From Bacteroidetes bacterium UBA7662 (GTDB taxonomy: Bacteria; Bacteroidota; Bacteroidia; UBA7662): a stretch of 64,000 nt of DNA. A program made the translations under genes and the position numbers. The notes under the pieces were generated by a model. It saw only the letters and a program-made list of their open reading frames with translations. It made no database searches and was not told where the DNA came from. The stretch is from the NCBI GenBank assembly GCA_002483345.1, contig DLHS01000003.1:8959-72958 (forward strand), in the 5' to 3' direction. Each line of letters opens with the position of its first letter. Position 1 is the first letter of the stretch. Positions 38,513 through 48,302 of this stretch are shown piece by piece.

Positions 38513-38666
38513 AGACATCGAGATTTCGAGAGGCGAGAAACGAGATTTTACTTGCGCCGCCGCGTTTGTTGACTTCAGGCTAAATTTCGTCGACTTTCAA
38601 AAAGTAGCCTGTAAGGCTACAAGCTGAGTATAGTCTCGTTTCTCGCCTCTCGAAATCTCGATGTCT
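38513..38666. mobile_element. MITE-like element: 33-bp perfect terminal inverted repeats (AGACATCGAGATTTCGAGAGGCGAGAAACGAGA) flanking an 88-bp core with an internal GTAGCC-TGTAA-GGCTAC hairpin
   Basis: Left arm 38513-38545 is the exact reverse complement of right arm 38634-38666. Lies in the convergent iscA/deaD intergenic region. Partial ends are found at four other loci. Confidence 0.6.
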
Positions 38667-38674
38667 GAAAAAAA

Positions 38675-40465
38675 TCAGTACCTGCCGCCGCCACGGGGTT
38701 TTCCACCACCAAAGCGACGTTCCTGACGATCAGGAGCATATGAAGCACCCTGGCGACCACCACGGTCACGACCACCGCCGCTGCCGCCTCTGTAACCACC
38801 ACGGTCACCGCGGTCGCCACCTCTTCCACCCGGACGGTCACCGCTGTCGCGACGACCACCACCGATAGAACCGGCCATGATATCCATACGGATACTGCGT
38901 CCATTGTAGGTTGTGCCGTTGAATGTCTCAACCAGCACAGCTGCAGCCACCTCTTCAGCTTCCATGAAACTACGAGTATCTTCCAGGTCAATACGACCCA
39001 GATCTGTTTTACTCAAACCTGAATTATCAAGCAGGAACTGCAGGAAACTGGCTTTGTAAAAACCATCCTTCGCCCCCAGGTTTACGAATATTTTTTTCAT
39101 ACCCGGACGGCTGTCACCCCTGTCGCGGTCTTTGCGGTCACCTTCATTCAGGTCGCGGGCATTGCGGTAGTAATTGAGGAAGCGCTGGAATTCCAGCGAA
39201 GCCACGCGGTTGATAATATCTTCCTTGCTGAAGTCACGGAGTTTCTCCTGAATCATAGGAATGAAACGTTCGTATTCTCCATGGTCGATTTCAGCGCCGG
39301 TGATTTTGTCGATAAAGCTGAGGAACTGCTTTTCGCAAACCTCTTCTCCTGAAGGAACCATCAGTTTTTGCATCTGACGGTCGATCATTTTCTCAATCTG
39401 ACGCAAACGACTGGCTTCACGGCCACTCACAATGCTGATACAGATACCGGATTTACCGGCACGGGCGGTACGACCTGCCCGGTGGGTGTATACTTCCGGA
39501 TCATCAGGAAGTGAATAGTTGATTACGTGGGTAATGCCATCTACGTCGATACCACGGGCGGCTACGTCGGTGGCGATGAGCAGTTGCAGTGATTTTTCCT
39601 TGAAACGGGCCATCACTTTATCGCGCTGTTGTTGTGACAAATCGCCGTGGAGAGCTTCAATGTCGTAACCCTCACGGATCAGTTTTTCGGTGATATCCTG
39701 CGCTTCAAGTTTGGTACGGGTGAAAATGATGCCGTACATGCCGGGATTCACGTCAACCAGCCGCTTCAGCGACTCGTATTTGTTGGACGCCTGCACCTGA
39801 TAGTAAACGTGCTCGATGTTTTTGGCAGCACTGTTTTTCTTACCCATCGACAGCTCGCGTGGGTTTTCCATATAGTTTTTGGCAATACGGCGAACCTCAT
39901 CGGGCATGGTGGCAGAAAACAGCCAGGTAGATTTTTTATGGGTAGTGTTCGACAGGATATAATCCAGATCATCACGGAAACCCATGTTCAGCATTTCATC
40001 GGCTTCGTCGAGTACTACATACTCTACTGTTTCGAGATGTACCGCTTTGCGGTCGATCAGGTCGATCAGACGACCTGGGGTAGCCACAATTACCTGAACA
40101 CCATTGCGGATGTCGCGGATCTGATTCTGGATACTGGTACCGCCATACACAGCGGTGATATAGACACCAGGCTGGAAACGGGAGAAATTTTTCAGGTCCT
40201 CGGCAATCTGATTGCAGAGTTCCCGGGTGGGACTGAGGATCAACACCTGTACCTTGCGGTCCTGGGTATTGACATGATGGAGGGCCGGCAGGCCAAAGGC
40301 AGCAGTTTTACCCGTGCCTGTCTGAGCGAGTCCGACAAAATCGGTTGTGCTTTCTAAGAGGATTGGGATGGCTTGCGCCTGAATGGGAGTCGGCTCCGTG
40401 AAACCTAATGCGGTAACCGCTTGTACAAGTTCAGGTTTCAGCTGAAGCGATTCAAATGTGGTCAT
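38675..40465 (-). CDS. deaD: DEAD-box ATP-dependent RNA helicase with a Gly/Arg/Asp-rich C-terminal tail
   Basis: Q-motif, AQTGTGKTAAF (motif I), DEAD (VLDEADEM), SAT, HRAGRTARAG. C-terminal (RGGD)n-like low-complexity tail. Start at the MTTFESL ATG. Confidence 0.9.
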   Translation of the reverse strand: MTTFESLQLKPELVQAVTALGFTEPTPIQAQAIPILLESTTDFVGLAQTGTGKTAAFGLPALHHVNTQDRKVQVLILSPTRELCNQIAEDLKNFSRFQPGVYITAVYGGTSIQNQIRDIRNGVQVIVATPGRLIDLIDRKAVHLETVEYVVLDEADEMLNMGFRDDLDYILSNTTHKKSTWLFSATMPDEVRRIAKNYMENPRELSMGKKNSAAKNIEHVYYQVQASNKYESLKRLVDVNPGMYGIIFTRTKLEAQDITEKLIREGYDIEALHGDLSQQQRDKVMARFKEKSLQLLIATDVAARGIDVDGITHVINYSLPDDPEVYTHRAGRTARAGKSGICISIVSGREASRLRQIEKMIDRQMQKLMVPSGEEVCEKQFLSFIDKITGAEIDHGEYERFIPMIQEKLRDFSKEDIINRVASLEFQRFLNYYRNARDLNEGDRKDRDRGDSRPGMKKIFVNLGAKDGFYKASFLQFLLDNSGLSKTDLGRIDLEDTRSFMEAEEVAAAVLVETFNGTTYNGRSIRMDIMAGSIGGGRRDSGDRPGGRGGDRGDRGGYRGGSGGGRDRGGRQGASYAPDRQERRFGGGKPRGGGRY

Positions 40466-40585
40466 GAAAAAATTATAATCTAAAATTGACTGCAAAGGTA
40501 GCTTTTATATACCCAAATCCGGCATAAAGCCCGATATTTCCCGACACTACCCGAAACCTGTCCCCTAACTGCTTATTTTTGCCCC

Positions 40586-41272
40586 GTGGAACGCATTATC
40601 ATCGCCATTGACGGCTATTCTTCCTGCGGTAAAAGTACCCTTGCCAAGGCTCTGGCTACCCGGCTCGGTTATGCCTACATCGATTCCGGCGCTATGTATC
40701 GCGCTGTGACCCTGTACTTTCAGCATTACCACATCCCCCTTGATGACGACATGGCCATTGCGGAGGCGCTTGAGAATATCCATATTGAGTTCCACTACAA
40801 CCCGGTGCTCAAACGCAATGAAACCTGGCTCAACGGCGAATCTGTTGAATCAGCCATTCGTAGCCTGGAGGTCTCCAATGCGGTCAGCCCGGTATCTGCC
40901 ATCAAAGCAGTTCGACAGTCGATGATTGCTTTACAACGCAAAGCAGGACGAAACAAAGGCATTGTTATGGATGGGCGTGACATCGGCACCCATGTTTTCC
41001 CGGATGCGGAACTCAAAATATTCATGACAGCCGACCCGGATATTAGGGCACAGCGCAGATATAGTGAACTGAAAGCCAAAGGTGAGCTTTATTCTCTCGA
41101 GGCAGTGAAACAAAATTTACTTGACAGGGACTATATCGACAGTCATCGCCTTGAAAATCCGTTGCGGCAAGCCGCTGATGCCAAAGTGCTCGACAACAGC
41201 CATCTCAGTCCGGAAGAACAGCTTCAGTGGGCAATGGAACAGTTCAAAGCTTCCAGAAGTCGAATACATTAA
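40586..41272 (+). CDS. cmk: (d)CMP kinase
   Basis: IIAIDGYSSCGKSTLAKALA P-loop, YIDSGAMYRAVT, and GRDIGTHVFPDAELKIFMTA. Confidence 0.9.
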   Translation: MERIIIAIDGYSSCGKSTLAKALATRLGYAYIDSGAMYRAVTLYFQHYHIPLDDDMAIAEALENIHIEFHYNPVLKRNETWLNGESVESAIRSLEVSNAVSPVSAIKAVRQSMIALQRKAGRNKGIVMDGRDIGTHVFPDAELKIFMTADPDIRAQRRYSELKAKGELYSLEAVKQNLLDRDYIDSHRLENPLRQAADAKVLDNSHLSPEEQLQWAMEQFKASRSRIH

Positions 41273-42698
41273 CTGCCACATAAGCATCTGCCCCGGATAT
41301 CCGCTGCAAACCGAACAGGCTGCCAAAGCGGTCTGTTCCGAAAAGAACAGGACCTAAACGAGCCGACAAGCCCAGGTTCAGGTAATGATACTCCGTCAAT
41401 GTGACGGGCAAACCTATCTCCGCCCAACCTAACTCAAAACGAGGTGATACTGCCAGATAATTGGTTCTCCTCATTTTAAAGGTACCGAAGAGCGGCGTGC
41501 GCTGCAAAATGGCAGCATACAAATAAAAATCCTGATAAATCCTGCCATCAAATTGTAAACTGAGGGCTGTAGGAGCCCCTACACTGAAACTGACATCACC
41601 AGCCACAGCACCGTTGGCCTGCAAACGACCTATAAAATTGGCATCAAAATCACGCTGACTGAAATCAAAAAACTTACCTCTGGTACTATAATTGGCAAAT
41701 GAATTAATGACGAAATAGGGAGCGTTGTAATTTATCAGCCCCAGATCAAGCCAGGAAACACCAACCTTCCATAAATGTTCAGGCACTTCCCTCCTGATTC
41801 TTATTTTACCCGCGAAATTGAAGCAGTTTATTTTGCTGTTTTTTCCGGCACGCCGGGTCGATTGCTGATCGATTTTTACATAGGTAAAACCCAGATCCAG
41901 GGCGAAACCACCGCCGCTTTGTATACCTGCATCCCCCAATGATCTTGCATACTGACCTTCAAAACGATCAAATCTGGCAGTATCCGGAAAACGTATCGTA
42001 TAATCAAAAGCTTCCATCTCGAGGTGCAGGGTTTGCAGCCCCAGCAAAGCCTTGGCTGTAATTCCCAGCGACATGGCCTCGGTTCTGGTTTCGTAAAAGC
42101 GATAGGCATAGGAAGCGCCAATCTCTCCCCAGGCATCCAGCTGAAGTCTCAAACCCGGATTTGAAATTGTGCTGTCGCGCAGGGGCTCAAAAAGAATACC
42201 TTCCCAAAGTTGTTTAAAGCCGGAAGCTGACAGTCCGCTCCAGTAAATCTGTTGTCGCAGCTGACTGTACAGGCCAAAGGCATGCTTCTGATACTGAAAA
42301 TAAATGCCCAGTGGCATAGTCCAGGCACCTTGTTGTAAACGCAAAGGCTGTTCTATATGCTCCTGAATCAATACATCACCCTGTGCCGGACCGAAACGGT
42401 TGTTATTGATATTGTCGATTTCGATGCTGACATCCGCGCCAGCCATGACCGACAGCAGATTGACCCGTTGCATGCTGATGAGATTATTCTGAAAGCTGGC
42501 ACCTGCACCCGGTAAATGAACGGTCCAGTTGCTTTTATTAAATGACAAGGCGGAAGGATTCACCTGACCTGCATATAAAGCAGCATACCCCCCGGAGCCA
42601 ATCAGCAAAGGATTTTGTGCAGAAACAACGCTTACAAACAACCCCGCCAGCAAGCCAGTCAGGCAGGCAAATCGAAGTTTCAGATGCAAAAAAAACAT
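41244..42698 (-). CDS. Hypothetical outer-membrane protein
   Basis: Signal peptide, then 460 aa of amphipathic beta-strand-like segments. No known domain recognised. Converges on and overlaps the cmk 3' end by 29 nt. Confidence 0.45.
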   Translation of the reverse strand: MFFLHLKLRFACLTGLLAGLFVSVVSAQNPLLIGSGGYAALYAGQVNPSALSFNKSNWTVHLPGAGASFQNNLISMQRVNLLSVMAGADVSIEIDNINNNRFGPAQGDVLIQEHIEQPLRLQQGAWTMPLGIYFQYQKHAFGLYSQLRQQIYWSGLSASGFKQLWEGILFEPLRDSTISNPGLRLQLDAWGEIGASYAYRFYETRTEAMSLGITAKALLGLQTLHLEMEAFDYTIRFPDTARFDRFEGQYARSLGDAGIQSGGGFALDLGFTYVKIDQQSTRRAGKNSKINCFNFAGKIRIRREVPEHLWKVGVSWLDLGLINYNAPYFVINSFANYSTRGKFFDFSQRDFDANFIGRLQANGAVAGDVSFSVGAPTALSLQFDGRIYQDFYLYAAILQRTPLFGTFKMRRTNYLAVSPRFELGWAEIGLPVTLTEYHYLNLGLSARLGPVLFGTDRFGSLFGLQRISGADAYVAVNVFDFWKL

Positions 42699-42709
42699 GG
42701 TGTGTCGGA

Positions 42710-43204
42710 TCAGCGAAAGATATTCTCCCGAACCACAATATCCGAATTGGAACGAAGTATATCCTGATAAAGACCGTGTATGTTTTTTACATCATCGGTG
42801 CCGTAAAAAAAGAGTTTTTTTCCTTTCATCTCTACCAGTATCCATTCCTTTTGCGGCACCTGAAAAATACCTTTTATAGCCTGAGTCGTCCCCAAACCTA
42901 CATAACGAACGGATGACAAGGGTATTTCCCTGTTGACAGGAAACAAAAGTTTGTGATAACACACCTTTAAAACATCCTCCTGCATAGCCACTGTTACCTT
43001 CGTAATATACAGTTTGCGGTAAAAAATGCTTAGTAACAGCAAAATAGCCACAAACATTACGTTTGTAAACAGCGCACTATACGCGGGAGCAAAAGCGTGA
43101 ACCAGATAACTCAGCGCCCCCATCAACAAGGCAAAAACACCAAGCAGCCCATAAGGTACAGACCACTCATTCGAGAATAACTTTAATTCCCGTGTTTTCT
43201 GCAT
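42710..43204 (-). CDS. Hypothetical membrane protein (two N-terminal TM helices plus a small cytoplasmic domain)
   Basis: YGLLGVFALLMGALSYLV and MFVAILLLLSIFY TM segments. No catalytic motifs. Confidence 0.4.
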   Translation of the reverse strand: MQKTRELKLFSNEWSVPYGLLGVFALLMGALSYLVHAFAPAYSALFTNVMFVAILLLLSIFYRKLYITKVTVAMQEDVLKVCYHKLLFPVNREIPLSSVRYVGLGTTQAIKGIFQVPQKEWILVEMKGKKLFFYGTDDVKNIHGLYQDILRSNSDIVVRENIFR

Positions 43205-45012
43205 CAGAGATTGGCTTTGGAAGTGCTCCGTTTACGATCCATTTCTTTCAGGAAAATCTTACGCATGCGCATCGATTTAGGTGTTATTTCGATGTATTCG
43301 TCGTCCTGAATGTACTCCATGGCTTCTTCCAGCGAAAACAAACGTTTGGGTGCGATGCGGGCGCTGTCGTCTTTACCGGAAGCGCGCATATTGGTGAGGG
43401 CTTTGCCTTTCACGAGATTGACCACCAGGTCACCCGGACGGCTGTGTTCGCCCATAACCATTCCCTCATACACTTCTTCACCCGGATCTACGAAAAATAC
43501 GCCCCGATCCTGAAGTTTATCGATGGAATAAGCAGTGGTCATACCGGCTTCCATAGAAACCAGTGAACCATTAACACGACCCGGGATAACACCTTTGTGA
43601 GGTTCAAATCCTATGAAACGGTGAGCCATGATAGCTTCACCCTGAGTAGCCGTCAACAGGTTATTCCTTAAACCGATGATTCCACGCGACGGGATGTTAA
43701 ATTCGAGGTGAATCATATCGCCTTTAGGCTCCATGATCAGCATCTCTCCTTTGCGTTGGGTAACCTGTTCAATGACCTTGCCGGAGAATGCTTCAGGCAC
43801 ATCCACCACCAGCGATTCGATGGGTTCGTGCTTTTTGCCGTCAATCTCTTTCACAATTACCCTTGGCTGACCTACCTGCAACTCATACCCCTCGCGGCGC
43901 ATGGTTTCGATAAGGATAGACAGGTGAAGGATACCACGTCCGTAAACCAAATGGCTGTCGGGTGATTCCGTTTCTTCAATTTTCATTGCCAGGTTTTTCT
44001 CAATCTCTTTGTACAAACGGTCACGCAGGTGACGTGATGTCACAAACTTTCCTTCTTTACCGAAAAAGGGAGAAGTATTGATTGTAAAAAACATGCTCAT
44101 CGTGGGCTCGTCGACTTTGATAGGTGCCAGCCCTTCCGGCGCATCGTAATCGGCAATGGTATCGCCAATCTGGAAATCATCGAGACCAACCACCGCGCAT
44201 ATATCGCCTGCTTCAACCTGTTGTACTTTCTGACGGCCCAGACCGATGAAAGTATGCAATTCTTTTACCCTGGCTTTAACAAACCCACCGTCGTTCTTCA
44301 CCAGTTGAATGGGTTGGTTTTCTTTGATACTTCCGCGCGCCACTTTACCAATCGCGATGCGTCCTACGAAAGAACTGTAGTCAAGGGAGGTAATTTGCAT
44401 TTGCAGATTGCCCTCCGGCTGTTTAGGCGCAGGAACATGTTCAATGATGGCATCAAGCAATGCGGTGAAATCGGTTGTCGGTTTCTTCCAGTCGGTGCCC
44501 ATCCAGCCCATTTTGGAAGAGCCGTAAATGGTCGGGAAATTTAATTGTTCTTCCGTGGCATCGAGGTTGAAAAACAGCTCAAAAACACCATCATGCACCT
44601 CATCAGGACGACAGTTTTCTTTGTCAACTTTGTTGATGACCACAATCGGATGTAAACCCAAAGCGAGTGCTTTCTGCAATACAAAACGGGTCTGTGGCAT
44701 GGGGCCTTCGAAGGCATCTACCAGCAGCAATACACCGTCGGCCATTTTGAGTACCCGTTCTACTTCACCACCAAAGTCTGAGTGACCCGGGGTATCGATG
44801 ATATTTATTTTGGTGCCCTTATAATTCACCGAAACATTTTTCGAAAAGATGGTAATCCCCCGTTCACGCTCGAGGTCGTTGCTGTCGAGTATCAGATCCC
44901 CAATTTCTTCGTTTTCACGGAATAGGTTGGTCTGGTGAAGGATTTTATCAACCAAAGTAGTTTTACCATGGTCGACGTGGGCGATGATCGCAATGTTGCG
45001 GATAGCTTGCAT
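43204..45012 (-). CDS. typA: Translational GTPase TypA/BipA
   Basis: G1 AHVDHGKTT, DTPGHSDF, NKVD. EF-G-like domain order. Start at the MQAIRNIAII ATG (45012). Confidence 0.95.
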   Translation of the reverse strand: MQAIRNIAIIAHVDHGKTTLVDKILHQTNLFRENEEIGDLILDSNDLERERGITIFSKNVSVNYKGTKINIIDTPGHSDFGGEVERVLKMADGVLLLVDAFEGPMPQTRFVLQKALALGLHPIVVINKVDKENCRPDEVHDGVFELFFNLDATEEQLNFPTIYGSSKMGWMGTDWKKPTTDFTALLDAIIEHVPAPKQPEGNLQMQITSLDYSSFVGRIAIGKVARGSIKENQPIQLVKNDGGFVKARVKELHTFIGLGRQKVQQVEAGDICAVVGLDDFQIGDTIADYDAPEGLAPIKVDEPTMSMFFTINTSPFFGKEGKFVTSRHLRDRLYKEIEKNLAMKIEETESPDSHLVYGRGILHLSILIETMRREGYELQVGQPRVIVKEIDGKKHEPIESLVVDVPEAFSGKVIEQVTQRKGEMLIMEPKGDMIHLEFNIPSRGIIGLRNNLLTATQGEAIMAHRFIGFEPHKGVIPGRVNGSLVSMEAGMTTAYSIDKLQDRGVFFVDPGEEVYEGMVMGEHSRPGDLVVNLVKGKALTNMRASGKDDSARIAPKRLFSLEEAMEYIQDDEYIEITPKSMRMRKIFLKEMDRKRSTSKANL

Positions 45013-45121
45013 GTAACTTAAATTCGCCGCAAAATTACTGATTTTAAAGGAAAATCCGGCATTGTTTATAAACTTAACACCCATCCACTTGTCAGTTCAG
45101 CTGCTTTCGGTAAATTCGGTC

Positions 45122-45868
45122 ATGGGCTTGCGGGTGTTTCTGTGTCTTGGATGGCTGCTGGGCAGCGCTCCTGCGGTTTTTGCACAGCAGACCGGTTATG
45201 CCGGGTATCAGGGTAAGCAGACACCTTCCCGTCAGATTTTAATGGAGATGGGTTTCGGTGCTTCGATACCGCGGGGTGCATTTGCACAGGAAGTTTCCAA
45301 AACAGGCTTTGGTCTGCATATGATGGTCGGCTACCGCCTTGCTCACCTGCCACTGGAGCTGGCTGTTTCACTTGATGCTGTCTTGTACGGCTATCAGACC
45401 GACCAAAAACCACTGGGATCTGTCAATCCGGCCAGTTATGAACTCGTCCTGGATCGTTACCAGTACATGCTGCCGCTGCACGCCCACCTACGCTACGCGC
45501 CTTCATGGGGAAAAATTGCCCCTTTCGCAGAAGCTTTCGGAGGTATGCGCCTTATTTCAACCCGGACAACTGCCAGAGGAAACCAGCTCATTGCCGTAGC
45601 AGGCAACCCGGAAGCTTTCAGCTCCAAAGCAACCTACAACGACTTCACAGTCAGTTACGGCCTGGGTGCAGGAATACACTATAAACTGGCAGATGTGGGG
45701 AATCTACACTACCGGCTTCAATTGAGTGCAAGGTGGCTCAATGGTGGAAAAGCCAATTATCTGGGGGTAGATGACCTTGTTATTCAGGACAATCAGCTGG
45801 TTTATCAGCCCCGCTTCAGTGAAACCAGTGTAGTAGCCTTAAATCTGGGGCTTTCTATCCTTTTCTAA
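45122..45868 (+). CDS. Small outer-membrane beta-barrel protein
   Basis: Signal peptide MGLRVFLCLGWLLGSAPAVFAQQ, alternating hydrophobic strands, C-terminal LNLGLSILF ending in Phe. Confidence 0.55.
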   Translation: MGLRVFLCLGWLLGSAPAVFAQQTGYAGYQGKQTPSRQILMEMGFGASIPRGAFAQEVSKTGFGLHMMVGYRLAHLPLELAVSLDAVLYGYQTDQKPLGSVNPASYELVLDRYQYMLPLHAHLRYAPSWGKIAPFAEAFGGMRLISTRTTARGNQLIAVAGNPEAFSSKATYNDFTVSYGLGAGIHYKLADVGNLHYRLQLSARWLNGGKANYLGVDDLVIQDNQLVYQPRFSETSVVALNLGLSILF

Positions 45869-47052
45869 GACACCGGCCTGATATTGCGGGCCACAAAAAT
45901 GCTCAATACACACATCAGTGCGGCAAATATGCCCACATACTGAAAATTAAGCAATTGCCCCGCTTCATTTTTAGTCACGATAAATCCTGCTATCACCGAC
46001 GCAACTGCAGTACTTAACTGTTGCACGGATGAGTTAAAGCTCATAAAAGCTCCCCTTTTGGCCGGATCTACGGCACCGGCGATCATAGCCTGAGAGGGAA
46101 TCATGCGGCCGCCGCTCACAATAAAAAATGTGGTGGTAATCAACAGTACCACCACTATGGGTGTCTGAGGCAGATTAGTAATCAGCAGCAAAGGCACTAA
46201 AGTCAATAGCCCGAAAATGGTATAGATTTTTTTGGTGCCATGCCGGTCGCTCAGTCTTCCTATCCAGGGAGAGGTGAAAATGGTGAAAAAGCCACCAAAA
46301 AGATAGATATAGGTCAGCTCCCGCTCGCTGAAACCTACATTGGCAACCATATACGGACTGATGAAGGGGGTTACGGTAAAACTCCCGAGCATAATCATCA
46401 TCATCAGTAAAAGTGCCAGCCGGAGATTGGCTGATCCTGCTACTGATTTTACCAGCACCAGCGGTGATGGTTTATTGGCCGCAGATTGAATGTGTCCTGT
46501 CATTACCGGCATCCAGAACCAGATACCTGCCAGGATTAAAACACCAATAGCTGCCAGAAACAGAAAAGGAGCATGCCAACTGGATACTGAAGCTATAAAC
46601 AGCCCGAAGGGCACACCGAAAACGGAAGCGGCTGAAAAAGAGGCCGTCACCAGACCCATCGCGGTAGCTCTCCTTTCCATGGGTATGGCATCTCCAATTA
46701 CACTCATCACCAAAGCACCTAACATACCGCCAAAAGCACCTGTCACAATGCGGGCACTGATGAGCGCCCAATAACCTGGTGCAAGGGCGCAGGCCAGGGT
46801 ACCCAGAACAAAACCGGTATAAACAACCAGCAATGCTTTCCGGCGATCGAAACGGTCAATAAAAAAAGCAGCCAGAAAACCTACTATACCGGCACTGAAA
46901 GTATATGCAGAGACCAGAAAACTGAATTGCTGCGGGCTTATTTCAAAAAGCCGCATGAGTTGGGGACCCAGCGGCATCATAATCATAAAGTCTACAATGT
47001 TGGTAAATTGGATGGCTGCAAGTACAAACAGCAGCCGCTTTTCGTTTAGCAT
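45865..47052 (-). CDS. MFS transporter
   Basis: 12 predicted TM helices and MFS loop motif between TM2 and TM3 (DRFDRRKALL). Confidence 0.85.
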   Translation of the reverse strand: MLNEKRLLFVLAAIQFTNIVDFMIMMPLGPQLMRLFEISPQQFSFLVSAYTFSAGIVGFLAAFFIDRFDRRKALLVVYTGFVLGTLACALAPGYWALISARIVTGAFGGMLGALVMSVIGDAIPMERRATAMGLVTASFSAASVFGVPFGLFIASVSSWHAPFLFLAAIGVLILAGIWFWMPVMTGHIQSAANKPSPLVLVKSVAGSANLRLALLLMMMIMLGSFTVTPFISPYMVANVGFSERELTYIYLFGGFFTIFTSPWIGRLSDRHGTKKIYTIFGLLTLVPLLLITNLPQTPIVVVLLITTTFFIVSGGRMIPSQAMIAGAVDPAKRGAFMSFNSSVQQLSTAVASVIAGFIVTKNEAGQLLNFQYVGIFAALMCVLSIFVARNIRPVS

Positions 47053-47111
47053 GATGAGGCAAAACTACTAAAGCAAATCCAAATCAAATTCGTTCCGCTC
47101 AAGCCGGATGC

Positions 47112-48077
47112 TTAAGTAGTCATCAGTTTCCTTAAAACTTCCATACGCTGCAATTGCTGCATGAAAAACTTATTGCGGTATTTTTCAGAAACCCCGCTGA
47201 TGAGCATCGATTTCTGCATCATCCCATCCAGCCATATTTCAGTTTGATTGGAGAAATTAAAATCTGTTGTCAGCATAAAATTAAAGCTGTGATGACTCAG
47301 ATAGGTGTATTTGCTGCGGCCGGCTTTGATGAGTATGCAGTTGTTGCCTATCATGATGTCGTTGAGGTAAAAACGGAAAGGCACCCCGTTTTTGGAACCA
47401 CGTTCACACAAACGTTGCAGTTGTTGTAATTCGGCTACAAAATCATCACAAACCGCCAGTGCGATCTCTGTGCTTTCAAACAATCCGGATTCCCAGTAAT
47501 ATTCTATCTGCTTGAGGGTACTCGAGGCAGTTTCTTCTGTCCATATCTCCACACTCGGAATCTGCAGATAGGTTTCATAAATATCCCGCGCTGTGGCAAT
47601 GAGTTCAGCTGACAGTATGTCGGGTTTAAAACGGCTACCTTCCAGCTCCGGCACGTTCATGATAGAACGCATCCAGTAAAACATCTTGAAGGCGGTGAGC
47701 GTTGGGTGCATGAAATGATGAAACACCGGAATGTCTTCGGCAGCATAGAGTATCTCCCCGTCATCGAAACTTTTAATACGTTTCAGATCTACCAGCAGGC
47801 GCAGCAGGTATTGATGAAAACTGGATAAATCAGGGTTTATCTGCTTGAATTCAAAAGTAACCGCATCCGGATTGGCAAGTGATTCAAAGGTGATACGGTA
47901 ATGCTGACAGATAACCAGCACTTCTTCCAGTGAAAGGGCAGTTTCTCCTCGTAGACGGCGGTAAACACTGTCCTTGCTGATGTTCAATACGTCCGCCAGT
48001 TCATCTGCCAAAGCGTAATTAGGCGGGACTATCTGCCTGATCTTCTCAAAAAAACGTTGCTGAATCGCGTTTTCCAT
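47112..48077 (-). CDS. Transcriptional regulator with an N-terminal HTH and a ~250-aa C-terminal sensor-like domain
   Basis: HTH LADELADVLNISKDSVYRRLRGE near the N-terminus. Adjacent to the MFS transporter gene. Confidence 0.55.
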   Translation of the reverse strand: MENAIQQRFFEKIRQIVPPNYALADELADVLNISKDSVYRRLRGETALSLEEVLVICQHYRITFESLANPDAVTFEFKQINPDLSSFHQYLLRLLVDLKRIKSFDDGEILYAAEDIPVFHHFMHPTLTAFKMFYWMRSIMNVPELEGSRFKPDILSAELIATARDIYETYLQIPSVEIWTEETASSTLKQIEYYWESGLFESTEIALAVCDDFVAELQQLQRLCERGSKNGVPFRFYLNDIMIGNNCILIKAGRSKYTYLSHHSFNFMLTTDFNFSNQTEIWLDGMMQKSMLISGVSEKYRNKFFMQQLQRMEVLRKLMTT

Positions 48078-48302
48078 AGCTGATTATTGCACTTATTGCA
48101 AATGAATGCCACACAATGTAGTAAATATTGCAACTCGGACAAGGCTTTTAAGTACTAAGTACAACCGTATGACTTTTTGTACAGGGAACTGACCCGCCAA
48201 AGCCAGAAAGTGCTACAAATACTTTCACAGACAGACCAAGGCCGTTTTAGGACATGGACACGGGATGTGAGCTTTGTCTCATTCTCCTAAATGATAAGGA
48301 CT

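Noticed and set aside
38617-38991. 124-aa minus-strand ORF rich in Thr/Val/Ala
   Set aside because: Out-of-frame overlap with the Gly/Arg-rich tail region of deaD. It is a composition artefact of GC-rich repeats.
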